Assembly: GCA_963575745.1 (NCBI GenBank)
Contig: CAUYUJ010000112.1
Coordinates: forward strand, 62,001-118,104
Direction of reading: 5' to 3'
Source of the DNA: Prorocentrum cordatum
Lineage: Eukaryota
DNA length: 56,104 nucleotides
Shown here: piece after piece, positions 34,605-47,132 of the stretch
Position numbering within the stretch: position 1 is the first letter of the stretch
Layout of the letters: each line of letters opens with the position of its first letter
Position numbers and translations under genes: made by a program
Notes under the pieces: model-generated
Databases searched by the model: none
The model's input: the letters and a program-made list of their open reading frames with translations, nothing else
Told to the model about the DNA's origin: nothing

Positions 34605-37600
34605 ATGGTGCGCGCGAAGTGTTGGACCGCCGAGGATGCGCCCGAGTCCTCGGCAGCTGAAGTTTTGGGGCCGTGCGTGCAGTTAGCCCTCCCCCACATC
34701 ATCAGCACGAAGCTCTACCCCAGCAACGACATGAAAACTGGCATTGACCAGGATTTCGTTTGGAAATCTACCCCTCCTCCTCCTCCTCCTCCTCCTCCTC
34801 CTCCTCCCCCTCCTCCTCCTCCTCCTCCTCCCCCTCCCATTCTTCCTCCTCATCCTCGCTCCACCTACTTCTCCTCTCCTTTCCTTCTCCACCTCTTCCT
34901 CGGATATTCCTCATCCTTCCCGCCCTCCCCCCCCCTCCTCAAGGACTACTTGGCGCAGGCGGCCCCCGCGCTCAAGGCGCTCTTCGAGGTAGACCCTCGC
35001 GGGGCCTATTTCACGCAGGACGACGTCCGCGCGGGCTGCGCGAAGGTGTTGCAGGACACCGGCCTCTAAGATGGAAAAGGAATGGTGAGGAGGAGGAGAA
35101 GGAACAGGAGAAACGAGCAGGAGGAGGAGGAGGAGGAGGAGGAGGAGGAGGAGGAGGAGGTAGGGAGAGCGAGAGGAGGGAGTGGAGGAGGAGGAGGAGG
35201 AGGAGGAAAAGGAGGAGGAGGGAGGAGGAGGAAGAGGAGGAGGAAGAGAGGGAGGGGGAGGTAGGGAGAGGAGGAGGATGAGGATGAGGAGGAGGGGGGG
35301 GGGAAACGAAACTCCAAGGGGATCGTCCGACTCTGGATTTTCGTAGGTTTGGGGGCGTTTGATTTTCTAGAACTCCGACCTCGATTAGTGTTTTTTACGC
35401 TCCTGCCTGAGAACCCCGAGATGAAGCATGCCCTTCAGAAGTTCGCGTTTATGGGGAACTTCTCGGAGTCGGAGGCGGTGGAGAGAATCAGCTACAGCTT
35501 CAGGGTGATGTGCTCCCACGTGCGGATCAAATACGACATCACGCAGGCCGCGAATGTCGCATTTGTTCCCGTCTCCCTCCTCCTATTCCACCCCATGTCG
35601 TCCATCGTCCTCTTCCTGCTCCTGTTCCGCCTCCAGGCGTCAGCTGGCAGGGGCGCGGAGTGCGCGATCCCAGACGAACTGGCCGACATCTTTACGGCGA
35701 CCTGCCGCGTTGTCTTCCTCTTCCTGCTCCTCGTCCTTCCTCCTGCTGTTCGGCCTCCTTCTCCTCCTCTCCTCCTCCGTCGGCATCCTCCTTCTCCTCC
35801 TCCTCCTCATCCGCCTCCTCCTCCTCCTCCTCCTCCTCCTCCTCCTCCTCCTCCTCCTCCCCCTCGGGGCTGCGGAGGTCTCTCCTCCTCCTTCTCCTTC
35901 TCCTCCTCCTCCTCCTTATCCTCGGGGTTCGCATCCGTTCGAATTAAGTGCTCTCCGCCACAGGTGATCCACAGGCACCACGCAGGCAAGTTCCCCCTGG
36001 GCAGCCCCATCTCGGACCACGGGGGCGCGGGCAGGCGGAACCAGAGGCAATCGCGAGGGAACAAAGAGGAGGGGGATGGAGAGGAGGAGGAGGAGGAGGA
36101 GGTCCTAGTATGAGGAGAAGGAGGGGGAGGAGGAGGAGGAGGAGGAGGAGGAGGAGGAGGAGGAGGAGGAGGAGGACGAGGACGAGGACGAGGGGGAGGA
36201 AGAGGAGGAAGAGGAGGAAGAGGAGGAGAATGAGGAGGAAGAAGACGGGGGCTCGCAAAGCCCTTCCTACTCGCGTCCCCTTATAGGTGTAATCTCGCTC
36301 ACGCCACTCCATCATTCCTTGAGAAATGATGGAGCTGTGATGAGGAGAGGTTGCACTTGATGGAACGCGTTCAAGCTTTACGCTGATCAAGCGAGGCCTG
36401 AGAAGCCGAACCCATTCGCCGCGTTCCGTGATCCTGTGCCAGCTGCTGCTGAGGTTGAGGACACCCCCGCGGCCGAGGAGGCCGAGGCCGAGACCGCCGC
36501 CGACCCCGACGAAGCGATCGTGGTGGCGCGCTGGTTTGACGGCATGAAGGCCAACTCTTCTTCGATCCTCCTCCTCCTCCTCATTCTCCTCCGTCTCCTC
36601 CTCCTCCTCCTCCTCCTCCTCCTCCACCTCATTCGAATACCATCGTCAAATTAGCTCAGGCGACCACCTTATGGGCGAACGGCACGTTGACCCACGCGAC
36701 GCTCGCCCGAGGAGAGAGAGGCTGCGTTGTGGCCGAACACTCGGATGGGGTAAAAGTGGAGCTCGATATTTCCAACGATTTGCTGAATCCAGATGGTGCG
36801 GCACGGAAGTTGCGCGTGCCAGTGAGCAAAGCACGACAGCCCATGAAACGCCCAGCAGCTTGCAAGCGCCCAGCAGCAGCTGCACCTGCAGCCCCTGCAC
36901 TCAAGCGACCTGCTGCAGCTGTGGCCCCCAAACTTGTCAAGAAGCCAGATCCCGTGGAGGCGGCCCTGGATCCCGACGATGAATTCGAGAACTCCGAGGC
37001 CGCAGAGGAATGCCCAGATGAGTTCGAGAACTCGGAGCCCGCAGAGGAATGGCCCGATGAGGAGCAGGAGCCCGCAGAAGATCCCGTAGAAGAGTCACAA
37101 GAGCCCGAAGAAGCCCAGGAGGGCGATGACGGCCCTGTACCGGATGGCCCCACCCCCGTCTTGAAAATCGCCAACGGCCACAATGGGGCCTTGTGCATCT
37201 TCCTGGTGACTTCAGGCAAGGACAAGTGCCAGATCCTACAGGTCAATCCAACTGGTGCGTTTGCTAACGGCATCCAGGACCCTATGTTATAACAGTCGCC
37301 TTCCCAAACCATTTCCCCCTCAAACGTGTCAAGAATCCTCTTCGAACGTGCTAGCCTTCCTAGAATGTCACGCTTCCCCCCTCGTTTCTACCTGCCTCCA
37401 TCCCGTCGCTCGCACGCAGGACAAGGTGGAGGAGATTATGCAGTGCTTGGAGATGCACGTGGCAGATTTGCCGAAGGGGCGCGTGAAGGACTGTCACATT
37501 AAACTGCAGTCCCCCTCCTCCTCCTCCTCCTCCTCCTCCTCCTCCTCCTCCTCCTCCTCCTCCCATGGCACTCCTCCTCCTCCTCCTCCTCCTCCTCCTC

Positions 37601-37800
37601 CTCCTCCTCCTCCTCCTCCTCCTCCTCCCCTCCTCGTTCTCCTCCCCTCGCTGCTCCCTCTGGAGCTCAGATGCTCCTCCTGATCCTCCTCCTGATCCTC
37701 CTCCTCCTCCACCCCCGTCGACGAGCCCCAGGACCTCCCTGTCGCCGTGATCCGTCACCTGAGGACGCAGGCCCAGGAGCATCGCCAGCTGTATACCAGC
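34605..37800 (+). CDS. Multi-exon accessory gene A of the EnSpm-like element, function unknown
   Basis: Exons MVRAKCW..IDQ / DYLAQAAPAL.. / MKHALQKF..RIKYD / ..WFDGMK / ATTLWANG..MKRPAA..GIQ / DKVEEIM are separated by GA/GC-AG introns; 3' end approximate. Confidence 0.6.
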
Positions 37801-37999
37801 GATGAGTAGATTGATTAATCCAGGCGAAAGTTTTCAAGGTCCCAGATCCACCTCGGGGCCTGCCAACAAATCGTTTCGGTAAACCATCGGGCATGTCGCG
37901 ATTAGATCGCCGTGAAGATGTTTCTGCGCTGGTCGAGCCGCGCTGTGAAAACAACAGCCGCCCCCTCCTCCTCCTCAATCATTGCAGGGGTCGGGCTCC

Positions 38000-39846
38000 A
38001 TGGGGGCGTGTGATATCTCGGCTCGGGATCTCTGCATTATGGCAGCGTTCGGTTTACATGTAGGCCGCTGGGTCGAAGCCGTGTTCCCCCCAGGTTGGAT
38101 ACCGCCCTGGGTCGGTCCCGTGGATCCGCGTGCAAACGATGCCCCTGTGTCGTGGCCCAGCGGCACGTTTTCGATCCCCTCTGATGCCATGTCTCTTGAC
38201 ACCACGAGCCATGAAGTGGAACCTGCTCCTCCAATGCCAGATGGTGATATCGATGCAGACGACGCCTCTTGAGGCCACGCTCACGGCGAGGATAAGGGGG
38301 AGGAAGGATCGACGACGCTCCCAGGAGGGGGGTTGGAGGGGGGGGAGAGGGAGGGAGAGGAGGGGGAGGAGGAAGCAAGAGGAAGGAGAACCCCCCTCGC
38401 CCCTCCCTCTTCTCCTCCTCATCCTCCTCCTCCTCCCCACCTCCTCTTCATATGTTCCTCCTCCTCCTCCCCCTCCTCCACCTCCTCCTCCTCCCCCCTC
38501 CCAGTCGGCGAAGCTGACCGCGTGTCGCAGCCGCGACTCGATGCTCGCGTCCGCGGATCGCGATCCCGACTTGCGCCAGCGCGAGGTTTTCTTCCTCCTC
38601 CTCCTCCTCGTCCTCCTCTTCCTCCCCTCCTCCCATTCTCCCTCCTCCTCCTTCTCCTTCTCCTCCTCCTCCTCCTCCTCATCCTCCCCATCCTCATCTT
38701 CCGCCTCCTCCTCCTTCTCCAACGCGCGTTCATTCTCCTGCTCCGTGTGCCTCCTCATCCGCCTCCTCGCCCCAGCCGTGCTCCCTCTTCATCCCCGAGC
38801 TCCTCGCACTCCTCCCCCCCTCTTCCCCCTATCTCCTCCATCCTCCTCCTTCTCCCCCTCCTCCTCCTCCTCCTCCTCCTCCTCCTCCTCCTCCTAGGGC
38901 CTCCCCCCCGAGAGCCTAGCCCATGGGCTCCCCCCCAGAGAGCCGACTGGCCTCCTAGGGCCTCCCCCCCCCCCAGACTCCTAGAGCCCATGGACTCCTA
39001 GAGCCTGGCCCATGGACCCCCCCCCCCAGAGAGCCGACCATGGCCCAAGGAGGGCCTCCTCCTAGGGCCCCCCCCCCCCCAGAGAGCCGACTGGCAGCCA
39101 TGGACGAGACCGCCGAGTTGTCAGCTGGCGAGTTGCAGGCCCTGCGGGGCATCGTGGCAGCGCAGCACGGGGAGGTCGCGGGCTTGCTGGGCTCGCAGGC
39201 AGTTATCACCCCCCTCCTCCTCCCCCTCCAGTGAGCACCCCTATCTCCGCCCGCCTTGAGGTGCGCAATGCCGAGATGCTCCCCGAGGAGATCGGGATGA
39301 CCCCCGAGCAGAGGTTGCAGTTCAGGGACGCTCTCTACGAACTTGGTGATGATTTGCGAAATGGCCCGCCTACTGTATCTGGCCTTCGTATTGGATGCCG
39401 CCAGGAAATGTTACGTCGACCCCTCTTCTCCAGCTCCTGCCTCATCCTACCTCGTCCTTCTCCTCCTCCCCCTCCTCCCCCTCCTCCTCATATTCCTCCT
39501 TCTCCCTCCTCCTCTTCCTCCCCCTTCTCCTCCTCATGCGCAGGATATGACGCCAGAACAAGTTGAGTTCGAGGCGAACCGTCTCGAGGTCATCAGGAAC
39601 TCCCGAGAAAACCCCATCGAGGTCGAAGAGAGCCCGACTGCTGGTGCGACCGAGCCCGACGGCGAACGCAACCATCAGAGCCCGCTTCCTACAACACCTG
39701 AGTTTCAAGGCCCCGACCGATGCCCTAGTGATTCTTGGGACGAGAAGGGTCAGAGCCCCTACGTGTCTGACATCGAGTGCGATAACGCCGACCTCGAGGA
39801 GCCCGATAGCAAGCGCAGCCGCAAAGACGAGGCCACCGATCGATGA
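38000..39846 (+). CDS. Multi-exon accessory gene B, function unknown
   Basis: Protein-like blocks at about 38000-38270, 39040-39200, 39260-39415 and 39544-39846 between (CCT)n tracts; boundaries approximate. Confidence 0.4.
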
Positions 39847-41064
39847 ACATATCTCACACTCCCTCGGTGAAATACACGATTAGGAGGATCGGAAAGGGAG
39901 GGGGGAGGAGGGAGGAGAGAGGAGGGATGGGGGAGGGGTAAGGCGGGAGGCAGGTTACATGCACCTCTATAGGCCTCACAAGAACCAGCTTCACCAGATC
40001 TTCATGGTACACCTTCTTCTAGTCGCAGCCAGAGCCTGGACCGATCGAGCTAGCCAACTCAACCCTCCATCAAGGTATGCTGGATGCAATGTTGATTGCA
40101 AAGCGATTGCAATCATCATGGTTTCAGCATCCTCGTCGATCGAACTTCTATTGCACCCCCCCTCGAGGACCACGAGGACATCGCGAGCCTGATCAGCGCG
40201 GGCCGTTTGGCGCCGAGGGCTGTCGAGAGCCCCAGCCCTGAGCGCGAGAACCCCTCCCTCGCGTTCAGGTCGAGGTGCAGCCCGCGGCGCAATTCTCAGG
40301 CCTAGGACGCATGCTATCAAAGGTTGGCGGCGCCAGGCGCCAAGAAAAACTGTCGTCTGGAAAGCTCGTGGTGCCGCACTTGAGCACGCCCTAGGGGGGC
40401 GACAGGGGGCCCGAGGCTTCCCTGGAGCTTCCCCGAAGCTTCGAAGGGGGGAAGGTCGAGACATTTTTTCCCGGCATTTCAAAATGAAAGGAAATCTGAA
40501 AATCTTATGTTTATATATATATATATGGTTTCCTTGGGGTTTCGATGTTTTCCCGGCATTTGTGAAAATGAAAGGAAGTGAGTTTTCATTGATTTTTTAT
40601 ATGTTTTCAATGAAATAATTCATTTTAAAATGAAATATTTCATTTCAAAATGAAATAATTCATTTTAAAATGAAATATTTTCTGTTTTTCATATATATAT
40701 ATATATGTTTTCAGTGAAATATTTCATTTTTCCCGGCATTTTTCCCGGCATTTGGAATCTCGGTGAGCCAGCTCAGCCTTTCAACCGGCACCAGGGGCCC
40801 CGATCTCTCGAGCTCGAGCCTAGCACAACGCACCAGAAGGGTGAGGACGAGGAGGAGGAGGGCAAGGGAGGACAGGGCGAGGAGGAGGAGGCGGACGAGG
40901 AGGAGGAAGGACAATAACTAGGAGGAGAAGGAGGGGTGTGGAGGAGGAGGGCGAGCAGGGAGAAGGAGGATTTTAATAGGTGACGTCGTTCGAACCGCAG
41001 TATCCGCGGCTCGAGGCTTGAGCGTCATCGATTCGGAGACAGGTGGAGATCCCTAGGCCGTGCA

Positions 41065-43121
41065 ATGGCGAAGACTGCGAAGGCGAAGGCTGCAGCTGCG
41101 GCTGCATCTGCAGCTGCAGGATCCCGCGGTTTCAACCTTGGGCAAACTCGATGGTCCAAGGGGCGATGTTCACTCGAATTATTTCGGGCTTTCTCTCGGG
41201 CATGCCTCGTCTTCGTAGAGCGTTCTCCATTTCGTTTCCCAGGAGCTACCTCAGCTGCTGACGCTGTCGTGAAGATCCCCAAGGCTGTTTATAATTCGTC
41301 GGGGTCGTGCCCATTCGGAGGGGGCTAGGACGAGGAGGAAGAGGAGGAGGGGGAGGGGGAGGAGGAGGAGGAGGAGGAGGAGGAGCTCGGGGAGGCAGCG
41401 ATTGTCCTGGATACCCTCAGCCACCAGGCTGTGGCGAAGGTCCGCGCGGAGCTGCTCCAGAAGGGCATGAAGCTCGAGGAGATCAGCGAGGCCGACATCA
41501 AGAAGCTACCGCACGATCAGAGGAACTCGCTCTTCTCGTGCCTGCGAGGCGTCCTGCAGGAGAAGTCCATGAATGACGAATACAAGCGAGATTGCAAGAC
41601 CGATGTAGATCGGCGCGCCTGGCTTGCTCGCTTCATCGTGGACCCAGCCTCTGGGGGCAACACGTGCTCCACGAAGACGATCGTTTCAAAGGAGGAGGAG
41701 GACCCGGAGGGCGCTCAGTGGCTTACCGAAGAACAATTGGCAGGACCTACTTGGTTAAATTCTTCATCACACGCGAGGATTCTCGTCGAGAGTGGGGATC
41801 TCGAGGAGCGCGCACATGAATATCGCTCACTTCGCCAAGCTGGCGTTAGACAGTACAAGTTCAGCTGGGCAATCTACACGAAGCTGGAGAAGTTGGCAGA
41901 GGCGTCCACCGTGAAGACGACCAGCGACATGACTTCTAAGCAACTGGAGGAGGTCCGCGAGGCCATGCAGGGTTCCATGAAGAGGATGGGCGATAGCACG
42001 TCCGCGCCAGCTGCATCGAGGCCGAGGCATGCGCCTGGCTAACAAAAAAAAGAGGGAGCACGAGGGAGGAGCGAGGGAGAGGATGAGAGGGAGGAGAGGG
42101 AGGAGAGGAAAAGGAAGTGGAAGAGGAACTATACTCCCGTTCCCCCCCCTCCCAACCTCCTGAGCCCAGGCGCGAGGCGAACAAGATTGAGGAACCGCCC
42201 CCGCTTGCGGACGACCCCGACCCCGAGGCGCTGGCCAAAACGGAGAACAAGAAGAGAATCTTAGAGAAGGACAAGGCGATCAACAAACACCAGACCTACA
42301 TCAATAGCGTGAAAAACAAGCTCGATCAATTGCCATTCGTGACTGCTGGCCTCGAGAAAAGGAACTTCCCGCAAGAGATGATCGCCTACATGAGGGCCCA
42401 GGTCATCCCTTATCTTCCTCATTCCTCCGCCTCTTCCTTCTCCTCACCCATCCTGCCATCATCCACCCGTCCTTCAGCAGGTGCAGAACCAGCTGAAGCG
42501 CCTGGATACCTACCAGAATGAGATCTACAAGTGGAAGGGTACAGCGCAGCCCGAGTGGAGCCAGCTCCAGGAGCGATTGCGCTGGAAATCACAACTGCAG
42601 CGGCCTCGAGGAGGAAGGGCGATGAGAGGGGTGGGTGAGGAGTAGTAGGGAGGAGGAGGAGGAGGAGGAGAATGAGGAGGAGGAGGAGGAGGAAGAGGAA
42701 GATGAATAAAGAGGGAATGGGTGGGAGAAGGACAACGAGGAGCGGAGAGCAGGAGGGGAGAAGGAGGGAGGACGATGAGGGGGATCGAGGGAGTGAGGAG
42801 AGGGAGGAGGGAGGAAGGCCCGCCCTCCTCTCTCCTCCCCCCTCCCCTCCTCCTCCGTCCTCCTTCTCTTCTCCTCCTCCTCCTCCTCCTCCTTCTCCTC
42901 CTCCTCCTCCTCCTCCTCATCGGCCTCCTCCCCCTGCTCGAGCCCCATGCCTCTGCTCCACTCCGCGTGGCGCCCTCTCCCAGGTGGATCAGTGCAAGGA
43001 GGCGATGGACAATTGCCAGAAAACCTTCAACACCGCCGATGGGGCTGCTGTCGGATACACGAGTTTCCTGTCGACGTGGAACGACATGGTGCGGATGTCG
43101 AAACCTGTAGGCGAGGCGTAG
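41065..43121 (+). CDS. Multi-exon accessory gene C, helical/coiled-coil, function unknown
   Basis: MAKTAKAK.. / AVAKVRAELL..WLARFIVDP..WLTEEQL..RQYKF / ..AYMRAQ / VQNQLKRL.. / VDQCKEAM..VGEA stop. Confidence 0.6.
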
Positions 43122-43607
43122 ATCGATCGACATCGAGATTTCGAAGCCCTGAACAAGTTTTGCTGTTCGGTCACCGCGGGGCCCTGGCTTCTGGGTAACG
43201 GGTTTGCGACTGCACGGTGCAGTCATCGCCATCTTCAGGGGTGCCCGCACAACAGTTTCTGCTTAATCCTACTCGCCCTTCCAACTTCATAAATTCCAGC
43301 TCGTCCTCTCCGTCTGCCTCGCTGCTGCTGCCATTTGTGCCCAAAGCCTAATATCTTTTGCCGCACATGGGGAAACGCGGCACTTTACGAGAACGCCTCG
43401 GATTTTCAGACACCCATGGGCCCCCAGCGAAGCTGCCTAGGCTATGGGAACCGCCAGGCAGCCATGGGACCCCAGCGGCGAAACAGAAGAGGTCCACTGG
43501 GGCCAAATCCAAACCAACGACTCCCACCCACCCGAAACGAATCTGGATCACCCATCCCTTTTTATCCCTGGACCATTGACACCCCCCCCCCTCGATAGTT
43601 TGGGTGC

Positions 43608-44339
43608 ATGGGGCGACCCATTAGGTCTCACACCGAGGAGTTCTTAGGCGGCCTGTTTAACCGTGGCAAGGTTCATGCCACCACTGTTCTACAAGGCGCT
43701 CGCGCTGCTGCGCTTGACAATCCTGATGTACAGTCTCAGTTTTTAGGCAACGCTGCGAGGGTTGACAAGTTCTCTGCGAACATGCAGAATGCACATCGGC
43801 ATTCGGAGGGGCTAACATATGTTACCTCACACCACCCCGACCTCCTGGGCCCAAGCAAATCTCGTAGACTTGTCAACCCTCGCTCTCAGGGACTTGATTC
43901 GGCGCTTGGGAAAGTCCGCTACTATGCCTCAGACCTACTTGGCAGATATGCCATTTTGGGACAATCTGGCGGGGAGGCAGTTCACGGGAAAGGTCAGTTT
44001 CTTGCTCCCCCACGAAATGCTGAGCAACATCGTACCCCCTGGTAGAGAGGAGTCTTTTGCAACGTTTGCCCAAGATAGACTTGGGATGGAATCCACACTG
44101 GCAGATGCTATTCGGGACCTGGGCATTAGCGTTAACGACGGCCCCCCTATCGCTGGAATCGGCATATGGGGGGACTCCGCCCCCTATGCGAACAGGGACA
44201 GCATCTACCTGATGCTTTGGAACTGCCTATCTGGACCCGTGCACAATCGTTTCTGGATGTGCGCTTTCCCCAAGAACTACGTCTGCAGATGCGGCTGCCA
44301 AGGGCGTTGCACTTTTAAGGCGCTGCTCCTGGGGCGTCC

Positions 44340-44385
<46 letters not shown>

Positions 44386-44406
44386 TCCCCTCTCTCTCTC
44401 TCTATC

Positions 44407-44501
<95 letters not shown>

Positions 44502-45798
44502 GCTCTATCCTTCCCTCCCGAATGCCTTCCATCGTCTTTCCACCCAATCCCTCCTCCTCCTCCTCCTCCACTTTTCATTCCGTCTCCTGTGCATAGGTTG
44601 TATGGGACGTCTTGCGCTGGAGCGTTCTCTGTTGGCTTCGCGGGGTGATGCCCGACGCGCGCCACGACGGCGTCAAGTTCTCAGATTCGTCGAGGAAAGG
44701 GGACTCCACGAGAGCTCAAGTGGCAGGGAAACCACTCCATATCAGAGCATTGGTGATCCAATGCCGTGGGGACTGGGCGCGGTTGAAACAAGGTCTGGGG
44801 CTTACGGGGTGGAGAGGCGGCAGAGGTAGGAGGATTTGCTTTAAGTGCAAGTGTACAACTGAACAGATGATGCTTTGTGGCGTCGACGCCCCGTGGAGAC
44901 ATCAGTTGGAGTCCCGCTCGTCGTTTCTCGATGACGTGATTCGCCACAACAAGTACTTGTGTGGCCTGTTCCTGATACCAGGCTTCCGAATCGAGATGGT
45001 AACTGCAGACCTGATGCACTGCAGCTGCTTAGGTATTCTCCAGTATGCCCTAGGGAACGCGATGTGGGAACTGTTCTTGTATATGGGGGGGAAGTTCAAG
45101 AAGGCCGATGAGACATGCGGGAAGTTAGTCGGGATGATCAAGTTGATGAGCAAACACTTGGGGGTTCAGCCGCCGCTCAACAACCTGACAATCACGATGG
45201 TGAGGGGGGCCGAGCACAAGAAACCGAAGCTGAAACTCAAGGTTCATTCGGGATCCAATCCAGCTTTGAAATGCATTAGCCTCATTTTGTCTTGCCTTCC
45301 CCTCCCCGTCTCGTTCGGGGGGGGGTGTAGGATGGGAGGGGGCTCTAGTGTGTGATTCCGGAGGCGGCGGAGGGCCGCCGCATGCTGAAAGTGATGGTAG
45401 GTATGCTGCGCCACATGTTCCCTCTTGAGAGCGAGCACGAACGTCTCAGGCATGATTGTCTGGACGCGCTCGCCCGAGTTTACCGAGAAGCGGAAGAGTG
45501 GAATCACGAGACTTCGCCAGTAGACATCGGCAAGTACGCGCGGCAGCACGTCAGTCTCTATGTAAGTCTCAGCGTGAGGGCCCTCGAAGAGCATGGCTGT
45601 GATGAATACTGGAGCTTTTACCCAAAGCACCACGTGTTCCTCCATTGCTGTGAAGATCAGATAGGTGGTCACGATAATCCTCGAATGTACTGGGCGTATG
45701 GGGACGAGGATGCAATCGGAGACTGTTCGGACCTGGCCGCTTCCATGCACCCGAGGTCGTTGAGCGTTGGTCTGCTCGAGCGCTACCGTTTGCGTTAG
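43608..45798 (+). CDS. EnSpm/CACTA-type DDE transposase; exons 43608-43798, 43890-44319, 44597-45241 and 45364-45798 give 566 aa (possible extra 5' exon from 43367)
   Basis: Stop-free spliced frame; NAHRDL, IWGD (D1), RGDW (D2), CFKC, DLMH, KAAE, PKHH..H and YGDE (E) motifs. Confidence 0.88.
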
Positions 45799-47132
45799 TT
45801 TCAAGTTTCGCTCTGGCCCAGCTTAGCTTTTAAAGCCATGGGGAAATGGCTTAACACTCGTGAGCTGGATTGCAAATCCGTTCGCACTCCTCATCCTCAC
45901 ATTCTCAAGCTCCTCTCATTCTCATTGTCGTTTGAATGCACGCGTATACGTGTGCAGAAATGTTGTGATGTTGCCGAAACCTCTGTCGCATTGGTGGTGC
46001 CAAATCGTTATTGTCACAGCTTATCCTCCGCCGTCCGTTTCACCGCCCATCCCTCCTTCCCTTTCGCTCGCCTCACCTCTTTCCCTCTCCTCTCTCCCTC
46101 CCTCCCTCCCTCTCCTTCCCTCTCCCTCCCTCTCCCTCTCCCACTCCCTCTCCCTCTTCCACCCGCAATCCGTACCATCGATTTCCAAAGTCGAATGGCG
46201 AAGTTCCCCCCTCCCCAGCTCGGATCGGCAGCTGAGTTGCATCGCAAACGCTTCGCGACGACCTCCCCACGCCTGCCTTACAAAGGCTTGCGCCGTCACC
46301 GCCGAAAAACCACAAAAATAACAAATCAGATGGTAAGTTCCGAACTCGCGACCCTGGTCGATTTTCCGATAGCCGCGGCCCAACGGCCTACGACTGGAAT
46401 TCGGAATAGGAGGGGGGATCAGGAGGAGGTGGAGGAGGAGGAGGAGGAGGAGGAGGAGGAGGAGGAGAGGGAGGGGGAGGATGAAGAGACGGAGGAGGAG
46501 GATGAGGAAACGGAGGAGGAGGATGAGCTCGGAGGAGGAGCGGGAGGAGGAGGAAGAGGAGGAGATGGAGCAACAGGAGGAGCAGCAGGAGGAGGAGGAG
46601 CAGCAGCAGCAGGAGAAGGAGGAGAGGAGGAGGAGGGAGGAGGAGGAGGAGGAGGAGGAGGAGGAAGAAGAGGAGGAGCAGAGGAAGAGGGGGAGAGGAG
46701 GAGGAGGAGGAGGAGGAGGAGGAGGAGGAGGAGGAGGAGGAGGGGGAGGAGGAGGAGGAGGAACAGGAAAAGGAGGCGGAGTATCAGAGGTTTTTGGTGA
46801 ACGCAACTGGCGCGCATATGCCACTAAGCCTCGGCTAACGCCTGGCAACTGGGCCATGGGCCTACAACGGACGGCGCGCGTCCTCATGAGCGCACGCAGA
46901 AACGTAAAACAAAACAATACAAAAAGAACGCACTTGCATAAAATAAGGAGATCTGCAATAATCATATGCATTTACGAAGAGAAACCATAAAAAAAGAAGA
47001 TATTCCAAAGAAAAGAAGATAACTCAAAAAAAAGAAGATCAGCGAAATAACAAGAAGGCGATTCATAAAAAAAGGAGATTCGCAGAAATGAAGAAGATAT
47101 CTTTGATTTATTCTGATAGGATGGTGTGGGTT

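Larger units (their letters stand above)
34173..47130 (+). mobile_element. EnSpm/CACTA (CMC)-like DNA transposon, 12,958 bp
   Basis: 24-bp TIRs CCCAGAGCATCC.. and ..GGATGGTGTGGG (20/24 identical); TT TSD at 34171-34172 and 47131-47132; internal DDE transposase; AAAAGAAG subterminal repeats. Confidence 0.9.

Noticed and set aside
45838..46990. ORFs of ~320 aa on both strands
   Set aside because: Dominated by (GGA)n/(CT)n tracts with no protein-like core
34173..47130. piggyBac assignment based on CCC..GGG ends
   Set aside because: No TTAA target; frame restoration needs a 2-bp TSD; transposase motifs are CMC-type
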